From Selaginella moellendorffii (taxonomy: Eukaryota > Plantae > Lycopodiophyta), in the NCBI RefSeq assembly GCF_000143415.4, contig NW_003314333.1, positions 1-64,000 of the forward strand: DNA of 64,000 nt. The letters run 5' to 3'. A program made the translations under genes and the position numbers. The stretch's first letter is position 1; every line of letters starts with the position of its first letter. The notes under the pieces were generated by a model. The model worked only from the letters and a program-made list of their open reading frames with translations. It searched no databases and was not told the origin of the DNA. Of this stretch, positions 37,920 through 51,973 are shown in pieces.

Positions 37920-40900
37920 CCAGACAAAGGCGAGACAGTGGGAAGCATCATCGTCAAGAGGAATCCGGGAAGAGTGCACACCAGAAGTGGTGATATCCCC
38001 GGATGGAAAGCAAGAGCCGGAGACAGGATACCCGAAGGTACTGCCGCAGTACTCAAAAATGTCTGTATGTCCGGATGCACCCATAGTCCCGTTCGGGCCA
38101 CCTCCAGTGAAGATCGAGGAGATAATGCCACCAAGGAAGCCCACGAGAATGCCACATGGACCAGCAAACGACGTATTGGAAGTAGACCCGGAAGAATTCA
38201 TGGAGGAATTAAACAAGCTGCAAGCTAGAAGAGCTGAGGAAACAATACATGTGATAGTGGAAGGAGCAGTTCCGGCAGGATTTGTCATGTCAGATTGGGT
38301 GTGTGCGGTGCTGGCGTATCACGACATGTTGGTCACGGTTTTAGCAGAAGATGTGAAGGACCTGGGGGAAAAGTGCTATAATGTGGTGATCAAGGACGAG
38401 AGAACTCGGCACAAGTTGCTGCGAGTGGATGCATACGCACAGTTGGACTTTCAGCTCTTCTTCAGAGCATACCACAACAACTTCACGCCCCAGAAAAAAA
38501 GGATGCTACTCCCGCCATCTGTGATCATGAACTTTGAGCTACATGGCATGGACGTGGCACTGGCAGAAGACAAGATTCTGGCGGCAATACTGAGGTAGTT
38601 TGCTACGTTTATAAGGATGGAAGGAATGCCAGTGGGAGATAGAGTCACGGTTAAAGTCAGGATTCCGAAAGAAGTACACATCCCCTTCGAGATAGAACTC
38701 AAGCCAGGGAAGGGGGAAGTGCCAAGAAGGATTCGGGTTATGTTGTTACCAAACCCGAGCGTGTGCATTATCTGCCGGCGCATGGGACACATTGGGAAAC
38801 ACTGTTTGGTCAGAGGAGCAAGCATGGGGGGAATGCAGGAAACAGGGGAGGACCGATAGAAAGCAAATAGTGGTTCGGAAGGCAAGAAAAGAGGAGCCAG
38901 AGGGGAAAGGGAAACAACAGAGAAAGCGGCCTCCAGCGGAGAAAGCAAGAAGCCTCGAACCAAAGGACTGAAGGAGGAGGGACAAGGGGAGCAATCAACA
39001 GCAGCCAAGCAGGAAAAAGGACAGTCGGGGGCTTCACGAGGGAAAGAATGGAGGCCGACAGGAAGACTTTTTGAAGGACAAGCCGTGGGGGAGGCAAAGG
39101 GACCTGACACAGAAGTAGAGATTGTCCAGGATAAAGGAGAACTGCCACCACAGCAGGCAACATAGAGGGTGCCGGGGCCAGTAGAAGAACAACAGTCGCG
39201 TTCAAGATCAGGAAGAACGGAAGACTTTGCAAGAGGGAACTGTCCGCCAGGATTCACTCCCCCAAGGAGAGCAGTCTGTGAAATAGAGCTCTATGTCAGT
39301 GGAACGAACCCTCCCAAGTTCCTGGGAGAATGGATCGACAACAGAGTTGGATACGCCCCACCGGCAATTTTGATATCGCCCGGACAAGACATAGGCCGGA
39401 CTCTGGAGGATATTCTGGCCTCCAACTTCAACTGGAACCCGCAGAGGTTCTCAATTCAAGAAGACAATTTCATGGAGCAAGCGCCGAACTCGTTCAGGTT
39501 CCAAGGAACGGTGAGAATCCCAATTGCATGGCCACTTCGACCAATGGGACCATACCATTGGGTGGAGAGACAGTGTCTTGGCAGTGCCCAAGGATTCAGA
39601 AATGGTTAACGTCAACGTGAGAACATGGAACGTGGGAGGCCTGAAGAAGGAGAAGTCAGCACTGAATAACAAAAAGACGAAGTTTAGACAGTACCTTAGA
39701 CAAGTAGAAGGTGTGACTCAATGTTTTGATTTCTTGTGTGTGCAAGAGCATAGGCTCTCAAGTATGGACCTGGTTTATAAGTTTACGAAAGGGAAATATT
39801 TCTGGAATCCGGCAGTATCATGTAGTGGAGGCACATTAATAGTGGTAAAAGGCCCGTGGGAATCCCTGGTCGAAGATCATCCAATACTGGTTCCGGGTAG
39901 AGTGCAGTGTGTCCAGTTTAAGATAGGAGATATGTTAGTGGGCCTCATGAATGTGTATGCACCAGCAGGAAGCTCCTCTGAAAGAGCAGATTTCTGGAAT
40001 GAATTGGTACACCAAATACCTACACAACCCTCAACATGGATGGTCACGGGAGACTTCAACTTTGTGGAAGAAGAGCTAGACAAAGATGGGGGAGAGATGA
40101 GAGACAAAAGGACAAGCAGGGAAAGAGCAATGTGGGCACAACTAGTGCTAGCAATGGGCTAGAAGATACGTACAACATCCCAGGTTTTGTACAACACCAG
40201 CCAAGATTCACATGGCAAGAGCACCAGCAACAGGGAATTCAACGAAGACTGGACCGTTTTTATGTATCACCCGAACTGTGTCAGAATAGTGGAAAATTAG
40301 ATATAACAATGGGATATAGAGACTTCTCGGATCATAACTCGGTGTCATTGATGCTTCCCATCTTAAAGAGGTGGGGAACAAAGCGGTATCTCGGAAAAAC
40401 TTCAAGGATGGGAAACTGAATGACTACATAAAAGAAAAGTGGAATCAGCAAGAAGGAGGAGATCTACACAAGTTCACAATCAAGATAGCCAATGAAATCC
40501 GGAAAAAGACACAGAACAAGCGAAGGAAAGTTTTCAAAAAAGTACAAACAATAAGAAGAAATATTGAAGCTATTAAGAGATTGATCAGGTTGGACCCGCT
40601 GGATACATCACTGAGAACTCAGCTAGCAAGAACCAAAGCCCAACTTTTCACCCTGGAAGCGGAAAAAATGGAGGCATTTATAAGGTCGGGGCACCTCAAA
40701 TGGCATATTAGTGAGAATGCACTAAACAAAGAGTTTTATAAGTCCATAAAAGCAAGAGTTACATCCCTGCCAATGTTCGGGCTCAAGGATGATAAAGGTG
40801 TGATGCACATGAGCCTACAGGAGATGCACAAGATGGCTGAGACATACTACCAAGGACTGTTTAGAGCAGAACCGTGGACAGAAGAAAGGAAAATGGCCAT

Positions 40901-43900
40901 GGAGGAAGTTCTTTAGTCGGTGCCCCAGAAAGTAGATGAATCCTTAGCACGGGCCCTGTGTAGAAACTTCACATTGGAAGAGCTAGAGGATGCAATTAGA
41001 GACTTGAACGATGACAAGATGCCCGGGGAAGATGGGATGCAGCCAGCGTACTATAAAGCAAACTGGGAATGGTTGGGGCCAGTAGTGTTGGACACATGGA
41101 AGGAGGTGATGAGAATGGGACAATGGCCCCCAAAAGCCATAGATGGAATAATTGCGCTCATCCCCAAAAAAGGAGGGGATGCATCCCTAATCAAGAACTG
41201 GAGACCGATATCGATGCTAAATACACTATACAAGATAGTAGCCAAGGTGCTAGCCAAGAGATTAAGGCCGTTATTGCCAGAGACGATACATGACACTCAG
41301 AATGGATTTGTGGAAGGAAGACAACTGGTGGACAACATCTTGACAGTGCTGCTCACACAAGAACAAGTCAAAGACCAAGGATTAGAGATGGCAATAATAC
41401 TCCTGGATTACGAGAAGGCATATGACAGAGTAGACTGGGAATTCCTGCAAATGACAATGAGGAAGATCGGCATCCCAGAAAAGTTTATAGGATGGACGGC
41501 CACCTTATACCAAGGCGCATCAAGCAAGGTCACAATAAACGGGACAGTGGGGAACACGATCAAGCTGCAACGGTCAGTAAGACAAGGGTGTCCACTAGCA
41601 CCGTTTTTATTCCTGTTCGTGGCCGATGCTTTAGCACACTATTTGGCAAGGGCGGACGGGCCGGAAGGGCTGGTATTGCCTGGGTGCAGAGACTCACTAC
41701 AAGACCTGGCAGGGACAGCGGAAAGGCAGTTGAAATCCAGTGCCTTCACAGATGACACAGGAATCATCACGTCAGGCTCCCCGGAGAACATGAGCAAGGT
41801 CAAGAAGGACTTGGACTTCTTCAACCTGGCAGCTGGCTCAAGAATAAACTGGGGAAAATCGGTGGGAATATGGCTGCCGAGCTCTGACCCACCAAATTGG
41901 GGGAGTGAGTGGGATTTTAAGTGGCTGAAACAAAGAGAAACAACAAGGTACTTGGGGTTCCAAATAGGCCAGGCATACGACCCCCTCCCACAGAATCAAA
42001 AAGCAGTCGAAAAACTCAGAGATCAACTGAAATTTTGGGCGTCACGAAAGCTGTCCTTCTCGGCAAGATGTGTAGTGGCGAATAATATAGTGCTAGGGGC
42101 AATCTGGTTCCTGGTGGCATCATGGAACTTGGACAAGAAGATGCTAAAAGAAATGAACAAGCTCATCAGGACATATGTATGGAAGAGTATCAAGAGGAGG
42201 GGCAAAGATTGGATGGAGCTCGGTCACAAGAGCAAAACAGGATGGGGGGATAAACATAATAGATATAGAGGAACAATGCAAGGCAATGCAATCCAATGCA
42301 GTTGCTATTCAAAATCTTTCACCGAATGAACATGCCCGGAAACCAGCCATGGAAACTCCTACTACGCCACCAACTGCTCAAAGTCATTCCGGACAGACTA
42401 GAACACACGAGGCAAAACTGGGAAAAAGATGAAAGGTGGCTGTTCACGGAAGGTGTGCTGAAAATGCCAAAACCAAATACATTCTCTGGGAAACTGTTCA
42501 GATTGTGGAAAGAATTCAAGAGCAAGATGGAAAAAAGAAAACCGACAAACACCTACGAGTTGGACCGACAACCAATATTTCTTAATAAGCTATTTCAATA
42601 TAAGGGGAAATATTTGGGGGAAACAGCGGACAAAGGAATAGACAAAGTATGCCGGGACCTTCACAGTTCTGGGATGAGAACATTTGCAGAAGCTGACTCG
42701 ATGATAAAAGTGGGGGAAACAAAAATGAACAGAGATAGACTAAAAGCTTTCTACAGGCTGGAAATCTCGGCACACAGGCTGAAAAAGTTCGAAACAGCCT
42801 TTGAATACGCATGAGGGAACTGCAAACAGAGCATTAGGGAAGTCAGAGAAACGACACCAGCATGGTGGATAGCCGAGGAAAAGGTGATATATACGGCAAC
42901 TCAAGACCAGGCAAAATGTTTTGTTTTCGAAGTCGGGGTGGCTGGTAGACTATTACCATACAAGGTGCCCGAGGAGAGCCTACGACCGGACATGTCAAGA
43001 GCAGAGCCAATACGAGTTATACGGATAGATAAGAAAACAGCATCAATGGACCCGACAATAACAGAAGGCCAAGTAGCTAGGATGTACTGGTTCAGGCAAC
43101 AAAAATTAAGCGAGCTGGCCTGGGACCCGACAGAATGGAATTGGCAGGGAAGGAAAAAGGAAGAATTTTTTGCTTACGAACCAAGACTGGGGAGAAGGCT
43201 CATTTGGCCATGCAGTGACTCACTACTGGTATCAAGGATGAAACGAGCCAACATACAGGACAAGTCACAACAGGCGATATTGAAAGAACTATGGAAAGGA
43301 CAGTGGGCAGCAAAAACAAGATACTTCATGTGGTTGACAATGCAAGACTGGCTACCATCTAAACGGAACATACACCTCTTGGAGCAAACTTGAGATAAAT
43401 GTGGAGCGAGGGAGACACAAAGGCACATACTATGGGAATGTGAAAGCGCACAAGACGTGTGGAGAAGCATGTGCTGGATGCTACAACAACACTCCAAAAG
43501 ACAAGTGTGCCTCACATATGAAGCGGCAGTGTGGGGCGAAGCTGCCGCAGGAATGCGAAATGGAACAGACTCTTGGAAATGGGCAGCAATAGAAGAAGGG
43601 GCACCATGGTTTGATCAGCTCAACACAACTCGAACAGACATAGAAGGAATTCCAACAGAGATAGTGGACCTATTATGAGGAATTACAATGTGGGAAGTAT
43701 GGAAAGCCCAGTGCAACAGAATCTTTAATGACAGGGAAGAAGGACCAAGGGTGGTGGCGTCATGGGTGTGGACTAGAATGATAACTGCAGCAGCAGCCCG
43801 TGTCCTACAACTGGAAAATAGAGGAGGGAGAAATGGTCCAGAAAAAGCAAAAAAAGAAGCATAGATCTGGCATTTTTTATGGAAGCAAGGGGAGGCAGGT

Positions 43901-44110
43901 ACTCGGGAATGGAGGTGGACACCACCGGACGAATGGTTAGAGGTGACGCATCTCAAAAGACCTTCGGGCGCCAGTTCATGAGCAACCCCCCTTTCTGTAG
44001 GTACTTCCATTGTAGGCTCCTCTAGATAAAGGCTCTTTGCTGGTTTTGTGCCCAATGAAACCATGCCCAGTTTTTTTGGTTTTTTTCTGGAAAATAAAAG
44101 GCCCCGTTTA
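37920..44110 (+). mobile_element. L1-clade LINE (family A), essentially full length, inactivated by stops and frameshifts
   Basis: ORF1 with CIICRRMGHIGKHC. ORF2 from ~39602 with TWNVGG/QEH/NVYAP/GDFN/RLDRFY/SDH (APE), NWRPIS/LDYEKAYD/QGCPL/FTDD (RT), and CGARETQRHILWEC (zf-RVT). Confidence 0.92.
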
Positions 44111-44125
44111 ACCAAGTCGGACCAG

Positions 44126-44341
44126 ATGTTTTTTAGAGGAAGAAGCGAGGCTGGAGAAGAAGAATGGATGTGGAAACCACCAATATGGATTTGGCAGCAC
44201 ATGTTCAGGAACGACGGCACGTGTACCTCCCCAAGTCGACAGAGTTCAACACCAGGAACATTGGAAGCTGGAGGATTGGAGGTCACGGACTTGAGTACCA
44301 GTTCTACTTTGTTCCCCTCGTCACACCCCCCCTAAAAAAAA
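44126..44341 (+). mobile_element. 5'-truncated 3' end of LINE family B, directly upstream of a full copy
   Basis: 44126-44259 matches 51785-51917, then continues to a C-run and short A tract (44334-44341). Confidence 0.8.
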
Positions 44342-45075
44342 TCTTGAAGAGCTCTTTCCGGGTTTCGAGCATGTCGAAATCAGACTCTATGGTTTATAGA
44401 GGATAAATTAATTAAAACCCCATTGACAAAGTCAGACCAAACTGCAGAAAGTGTCATGGCAAGGGGCACACAGGTATGGACTTCAATCAGTAGTTCCACC
44501 TCCAAATCATTTTTCACCTGGTCGAGAGCATCCCTCCCCAAGAATCCATGCTCCGCCCAATCGAAAATTTCTTCCCGCTCAGACAAAGCCCATGCGAGAA
44601 ATGGCTAAGTCCCAAGCACGGTCAGGATCGTCCGAAAAAAGATCCAACGGCCTGGAGCAGACAGCGACAAACACCAAAAAATCACACACAAGGATGACAA
44701 TACACGCACCGAGCCGATCAGCGTCACAACTATTGGATCGCGAGAGGCAAGCTCCAACCGAAGGATCTGCTGCCTCTCCCACGCACAAGTCCCAGCCACG
44801 GCTAAGATCAACTGTGGCAAGATCGCACGGTCCAGAATGGGTGGGAAAGATGACGAAGGAAAAGAAAAATGACGTCACCATCCCCCACGTGTCACCAGGG
44901 AACACTCCCCCATGTCGCCATCACCCCGACAATCATCAAGAGGGCAGTTAAGTGTACAGACTGCCTCGAACCAACACAATGTACGGCGGGAGAATCGCCA
45001 AGATCGCGATACATCATCAAAATCCAAGGCGAACTTAAGAGGGAGCACGTCCATTTAAAGGGGTCAAAATAAATG

Positions 45076-45106
<31 letters not shown>

Positions 45107-48100
45107 AAGAGCAGTGGCAACAACCCTAGACTTGCCCTTGCCCGGAAAAGTTGAATCGTGTTCGCGAGCGGCTGGAGAGCAGAAGAAAACAAACAGAAAA
45201 GAAGAGGAGCATCACACCAGAAACCAAGAGGTCTGTTCTCCTCCCCACCCCCTTGCTCCCCGGTTAGTTTCCTCTCCACCCTCTCGATCACACGCTGACT
45301 TCTCTCCCCTCCCTTCCCCACGGCTTGATCCCCCACACGCCTCCCCCCACACGCCCCCTTCTCCGACTCAAAAAACTGCCAGCAGTACCTAAACAGAACC
45401 ACCGCATCATCCTCGAGGAGTAGCGTTGATCCGTGAACTCTTTGCTGAACACAGGACCAGAACAAAGAAGGAAATGCCGCGTACAAAGAACATGCAAAAA
45501 CGAGGTCCACCACTGGAGGACAAACGGGAAGATCCCCCCCACACGGACACGACTCAGAACACCCCTGATGACGAGGAGAGAGCTGCGGCAGAGCATCGAC
45601 CAGAAACGAGAAGCACGGGGATGAAGCTCTCGATCAAGCTCAAGCAGTGCCCACTGCCGCCCCCGAAGGACAACGAAGCTGCGGAACCAGAACTAGAGGC
45701 AGATGCAGCCCAAGCCCCCCCGCCCCGGCCAACAACAGCAGCAAAAACAACTAGAGAACCGACTCGAGCTGCTCCCTCCTCGTCCACCAACACAGCCAAT
45801 ACCACAAAGAAGAAGAAACCGACTGCGACGGGGGGCAAAAAATCAAAGGGAGTTTCAGAGGCCTCGTCTTCCAGGCAAACAACTACCCCTCCGCCGAACA
45901 CAACACCGCCGGTCAGGGCGTCTGCGCTTTAAAGGATCCCATCGGTCTCAGCTTTGGAAGGAATTGGCAAGTATGTAGATGAAACGCTGGAGGACACGCC
46001 ACAACAGACCTCACCCGGTTCACACTCTTCCTCACCGGGTTTGAGCACGCTGTTCATGGACACACAGCAGAGGGAACGAGTCATCCAAGCGACGACAGAG
46101 GAGAAGCAGGGGAAAGAGGTGGACTTGGAGGGCAACCAGATCGAAAAGACCACCCCAGCAACCACCAAGGCTCCAGAAACACCAGCTTTGAGAGTTTCGA
46201 CCGAGATCAGCAAGGAGAAAGCAATACCAGCCGTCCCGCTCAAGAAGATGAAGGAGTCGGACGTACTCTATCTCGGATGGACAAGGGTGGACAAGCTGTA
46301 CATGGATGTGGAGAAGGCTGTCTCGCCCCGTTCAGCTGCTGCACCGGCAATGTCGGACGTCACAGCACCAGTCCCAGGAGAACTACAAGTGGAGGCAAAT
46401 GAGGTCCTCGTGGAACTGCAGGAACGACAAGCCAAGGCAGCCAAGAACTTGATCCTGGCAATCTTTGAAGGGAACAAACTGGACCGGCAAGTAGCATTGG
46501 AAGGGCTCGAGGAAGGTTTCAAAGAGGCAGGAGTGTCGTTCTGGGGGAGACCAGTCACGTTCCTCAGCCAGAACTGCTACAGCGTGGAGGTGAGCACGGA
46601 GAAAAACCAGCGAGCCCTGGTCCTCAAGCAGAGGGTGACGAGACCAACACACGAGTTGTTCTTCTACAAGTTCCCACCAGGATTCTCTCTGAGCCAGAAG
46701 GACTTGGTTCACCGCCCAACAATGGAGCTGGATCTAATCGTCGAGGACCTGTGTGAGACAGACAACACCCCGGTGTTCCTGGTAATGATGGTGGAGGGCT
46801 TCACACAGTACCTAGGGAAACGGGTGACAAGGGAGGAGTCAAGGGATCAGCTCATCCACGTTCTGTACACTGGAAAGGCGCCAATCCCTAACAAGATCCG
46901 GATCATGGGGAAAGTGCACCCGATCCATATCCAGGAGTCTAGGATGACACCCCCAGAAGCAGCGACACCATCTAAGCTGATGCAGGACCAGGAAAAGAGA
47001 AGGAGAAGCCCATCGGCTCAAGGAGGAACATCTAGGAGACAGTCCGACAGAGCGTCAAAGCGCAAGGAAGAAGCACTGAGGGCCGGACAAGCTTCACCTG
47101 AGATGACAAGAGACCAACGCTCCCCATCCCTGGAACGAGCACAAGTGGAGAGATCCCCGTCAGAGGACCAGGTGCCGAGAGGGCAGGCGTCCTCCTCCCG
47201 ATGATTCATGCGACTCAAAGTCAACTTGTGGCTCCACGTAAGCAGCACACGTCCCCAGAAGTACCTAGCACTATGGAGCGGCCCTCCGGTTGGATATGTC
47301 ACCCCCACATTCCACATGGCGCGCGATCAGCTCCCAGAGAATGGAGTACACAGCTTTCTGGAAGCGTCCAAGGTAATCAAGGATCTTAAGTACCGTGTGG
47401 AAGTAGACAAGGCCACAATCGTGGGCAACAACATGGAGCTGTACGCAGCCCTTCTCACCAAAAGTGGTGTCATCCCCACGAGAGGAGGGAGAGATCGTGA
47501 ATTCTCGTGGGTGGAACGCAATCGGATCACCACAAACATGACTGATCTCAGCGTGCTGTCGTGGAATGTAGGAGGCATTAGTAAGGATGGAGTGCTATGG
47601 AATGACAAGAAGGCGAGGCTACGACAGTACCTTCGCCAGTTAGAAGGAGTGATAGGAAAGTGTGACTTTTTCTGTTTCCAGGAGCAAAGAATGCAAGAAC
47701 ACCAGACAATCTTTAAGTTTTCACAAGGTGAACACTTCTGGAACCCTGCAGTTGGAAGGCGAGGAGGAACCCTCATCATCGCCAAAGGACCATGGCAATC
47801 CTTCGGCACCTCGCACCAAATCCTAATCCCTGGACGTGCTCACATGATAGTGATAAAAGTAAATGCCTGAACCATAGGCCTGTTGAACATCTACGCCCCA
47901 GCATCCTGCTCCACCTCACGAGCACACTTCTTCTGAGTTCTGCAACGTCGCCTTCCAACAGGAATCGATGATTGGATCCTGGCTGGTGACTTCAATTTCA
48001 TGGATCACGAGGAGGATAAACGGGGAGGCATAATCCAGGATAGATGTACACGTGTGGAATGCCTTGCATGGAACTCATTCCTCTTACAAATTGGCACCTG

Positions 48101-51100
48101 CGACGCTTACGAGATCCCGGGTTTTGTGACACATGAACCACGCTTCACATGGCGAGAACGTCAACACAGAGGCTTACAATGTCGTCTGGACCGCTTCTAC
48201 CTCACCATGGACCTGTGCATGCAAGGGGGGAAGTTGGACATCGACAACACTTACACGGACTTCTCGGACCACCATCCGATTAGACTCACACTTCCCTTTC
48301 GAAGATCAAGAGGTCCAAGGAGCCAGTTGCCATACCCAAGAAGTTCTTTGAGGAGCAAGCCAACAATAACCGGGCGCACGAGCAATGGAAGAAACACAAG
48401 GGGAACCTACACTCCTTCACCCTTCAAATCGCTCAAGAGGCTTGAGCCAAGATCCAGAAAGATAGGAGAGGTGTCTTTAACACAGTCCAAAAGGTTCGGA
48501 GTGTCCTAGCCTCAATCAACACTCACCTTCGCAACCCAGATGACCCATGGCTACAAGCTCAAAAAATTCAGGTTAAGCACCAGCTGGAAAGGATAGAGGC
48601 CAACAAGATCAAAGCCTTCCTAAAAGCAGGACACATCAGATGGCACGCAAGTGAGCTCGCGCTGAACAAGGAGTTCTATCAATCCATAAGATCTAAAGTG
48701 GTCTCCCCACTGATGTTCGGATTGAAGGACGAACAAGGGCAATTGCACACAAAGATCAACAACATGCACAACATGGCAGAACACTACTACTCCCAGCTTT
48801 TCAAAGAGGAACCATGGGATGAGGTCAGGCAAGAGAAACTTGAGCGAGTGCTGGAGCATATCCCAACCAAGTACACCCCAGCAATGAACACCAGAGTAAC
48901 GAGACCTTTCACGCTGCGAGAATTAAAGGATGCCCTGGATGACCTCCAGGATGACAAGATGCCAGGGGAGGATGGCATGCCACCAGCCTTCTACAAACAA
49001 AACTGGGAATGGATCAAACCAGAAGTTCTCAAGATGTGGCAAGAAACCATGCGAGCTGGGAAGTGGCTGGAAGGAGCTATGGATGGGATCATTGCGCTGA
49101 TACCAAAGAAAGGAGATATGTCCCACCTCAAGAACTGGAGGCCCATCTCTATGCTGAACACCATGTACAAGATCGTAGCAAAAGCCTTGGCATCACGCCT
49201 CAAACCTCTGCTCCCAGAAATGATCAAGGAGACGCAGAACGGATTCGTGGATGGCAGGCAAATCGTGGACAACCTCCTAACAGTCCTGCTGGCGCAAGAA
49301 CACACCAAAGACATGGCAAAGCAGATCGCAATCATTCTCTTGGACTTCAAAAAAGCCTACGACCGGGTGGATTGGAAAGTTCTTCAGGCCATAATGATCA
49401 AGCAAGGAGTTCCTCTGCAGTTCATGGAATGGATAGCATCCCTATACCACTCGGCATCGAGCAAGGTTACAATCAATGGAACCATGGGACAGTCCTTCAA
49501 ACTTGAAAGATCAGTCCGACAAGGATGCCCCCTCACACCATACCTGTTCCTGTTTGTTGCGGATGCTCTGGCCTACTACCTCACCCGACCAGAGGGCCCG
49601 AAAGGTATGCCCCTTCCAGGCTGCGGCTCTGCTCTTCAGGACATGAACAAAGCCTCAAAGGAGGACCTCCTATCCTCAGCCTTTGCAGACGACACAAGCC
49701 TGATCGTGGAGGGATCACCGGAGAATCTCTCAAATCTCAAAAGGGACCTGGACTTCTTCAATGAGGCCATGGGATCAAAAATAAATTGGCACAAATCAGT
49801 AGGACTATAGCTCCCCCCCGGCAGACCTCCAACATGGGGCATGGAGCTGGGTTTCAAATGGCTGGACACGGAGGAGACCATCCGCTACCTTGGATTCCAA
49901 GTCGGACGCCAGTATGATCCAGAACCTCAGATCCAAAAAGCAGTAACAAAACTAAGGGATCAACTCAAGTTCTGGGCGAGCAGAAAACTATCATTCTCAA
50001 CACGCTGCGTGGTGGCTAACAGCATCCTGCTTGGAGCGATCTGGTTCTTGGCAGCATGCTGGAACATGGACAGGCAAACGATCCAGGAAATGAACCAACT
50101 CATTCGAACCTATGTCTGGAAAGGCTCCTCCTGCGTGTCACGTGGTGGAGCAAAGGTCAACTGGCGGTCAGTAACACTTCCGAAGCACAAAGGGGGCCTC
50201 AATATTATTGACATTGAAGAACAATGCAAGGCTCTCCTCTTCAAGATTTTCACAAGGATGCTCATGCCTGGCAACCAACCATGGAGAATACTGTTGCGAG
50301 CACAACTTTTGAAAGTCCTCTCGGACAGGAACGAGCACACCAGACAAAACTGGGCGATAGACGAACAATGGCTCTTCTCAGACACCAAACTCAAAATGAC
50401 AAAGGCTCACACATTCTCAGGAAATCTGTTCAAGCTCTGGAGGCAATTCAAATGCAAGCTGGAACGCAAACCACTTCGTACCAAAGAACAACTGGACCGG
50501 CAGCCAATTGTCCTGAGCAAACTCTTTTCTGTCAATGGTAAAATCCTCGGAGCTTCAGAGGATCGCGGCCTGGACCAGACATGCAGAGACCTACATAGAG
50601 CAAGGATGAGAACCTTCACAGAGGCAGACACCATGATCCAGCCCAACCAGACGGCTAACAACCGTGACCGAATCAGTGCCTTCTACGGACTAACCATCTC
50701 GGAACACAGGATGCATAAATTCCAAACAGCCTTTTTAGCAGCCAAACACGCATGCCTTGAACGACTAAACCTGCAAGAAGATCAACACCATCGATGGTGG
50801 AAGGTGGACGAGTCGATCGTATGCGCCCTCCCCAACATGGCATCGGGACTAATCTTTGAGGCAGGACAGGCTGGATTTTTGTACCCCATCATCACCCCCG
50901 GGTACGAGGACCTCCCCGATATGAGCAGAGCTAAACCGATCAGAGTGATTCAAATGGACAAAAAAACTGCTAAGGTTGATCCATTGATCCCAGAAAACCA
51001 ATATGCTCGCCTCTACTGGTTCTGCCAACAAACCCTGGATGAACTCAAGTGGGATCCCGCAGAGTGGCATTGGAGAGGAACCACGTGCAAGGACTTCTTC

Positions 51101-51917
51101 CAGTACGAGACCAAGCTGGGCCGAAAACTGATCAAGGTGCCGACTCGATCCTCCCTCATCCGGAAAGCAAAGGCCCAACAGATCCACTCCAGGAACCACT
51201 CACACTGCATCGACAAGATCTGGAAGGGGCACTGGTCAGCTAAGAACCGCTACTTCATGTGGCTGGCCCAACAAGAATGCCTTCCCTCTCTAGCGGCCAT
51301 ACATCTTCCGAACACAGCCTGCAAGACCTATGGTGCCACAGAAACACAGCAACACATCTTATGGGAATGTCCAGCAGCATAGGAAGTATGGGAAGGTGCA
51401 GCAGCGGTACTCAAACGAACGTCATCCGGAGGCACTACAATCACATATGAATGAGTGCTCTGGGTAGCTTCATCCAGGGAAAAACAAAGAATCCTGATGC
51501 TTGGAAGTGGAGACACAACGAGGCCCCACACTTTGATCAACTCAACCAAACTCGGACACACATTAAGCATCTCCACCAGGAGCTCTTCGATGTGCTTTGG
51601 GGATGCACACTAGCAGAGATATGGAAGGCTCGCTGCGCCAGGCTGTTCGAGGACACGGACCCCTTGGCTTGAGCAACTATCTCAAAGGTTTGGTCCAGAA
51701 TGATCGTCTCACTCGCGGCCCGCCTGGACACACTGATCAAACGAGACGAGGAAGGGAAAATAGCGAAGGAGAAGGACCTGTGGCTGTTTTTTAGAGGAAG
51801 AAGGGAGGCTGGAGAAGAAGAATGGACATGGAAGCCACCAATATGGATCTGGCAGCACACGTTCAGGAACGACGGCACATGTACCTCCCCGAGTCGACAG
51901 AGTTCCACACCAGGAAC
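44342..51917 (+). mobile_element. L1-clade LINE (family B), near full length, 3' end replaced by telomeric repeats
   Basis: ORF1 pieces 45426-47204, APE from ~47538 (SWNVGG, QEQ, GDFN, RLDRFY, SDH), RT 48698-49810 (FADD), C-terminal region and zinc finger to ~51900. Confidence 0.92.
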
Positions 51918-51920
51918 TTC

Positions 51921-51973
51921 GGTTTTAGGGTTTAGGGTTTAGGGTTTAAACCCTAAACCCTAAACCCTAAACC
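51921..51973. repeat. Head-to-head interstitial telomeric array (TTTAGGG)3TTT|AAA(CCCTAAA)3
   Basis: Perfect palindrome 51924-51971 centred at 51947/51948. Confidence 0.97.

Noticed and set aside
45079-45106. Poly-C run as a functional G-quadruplex
   Set aside because: It is a homopolymer of unreliable length in a LINE leader, with no further support.
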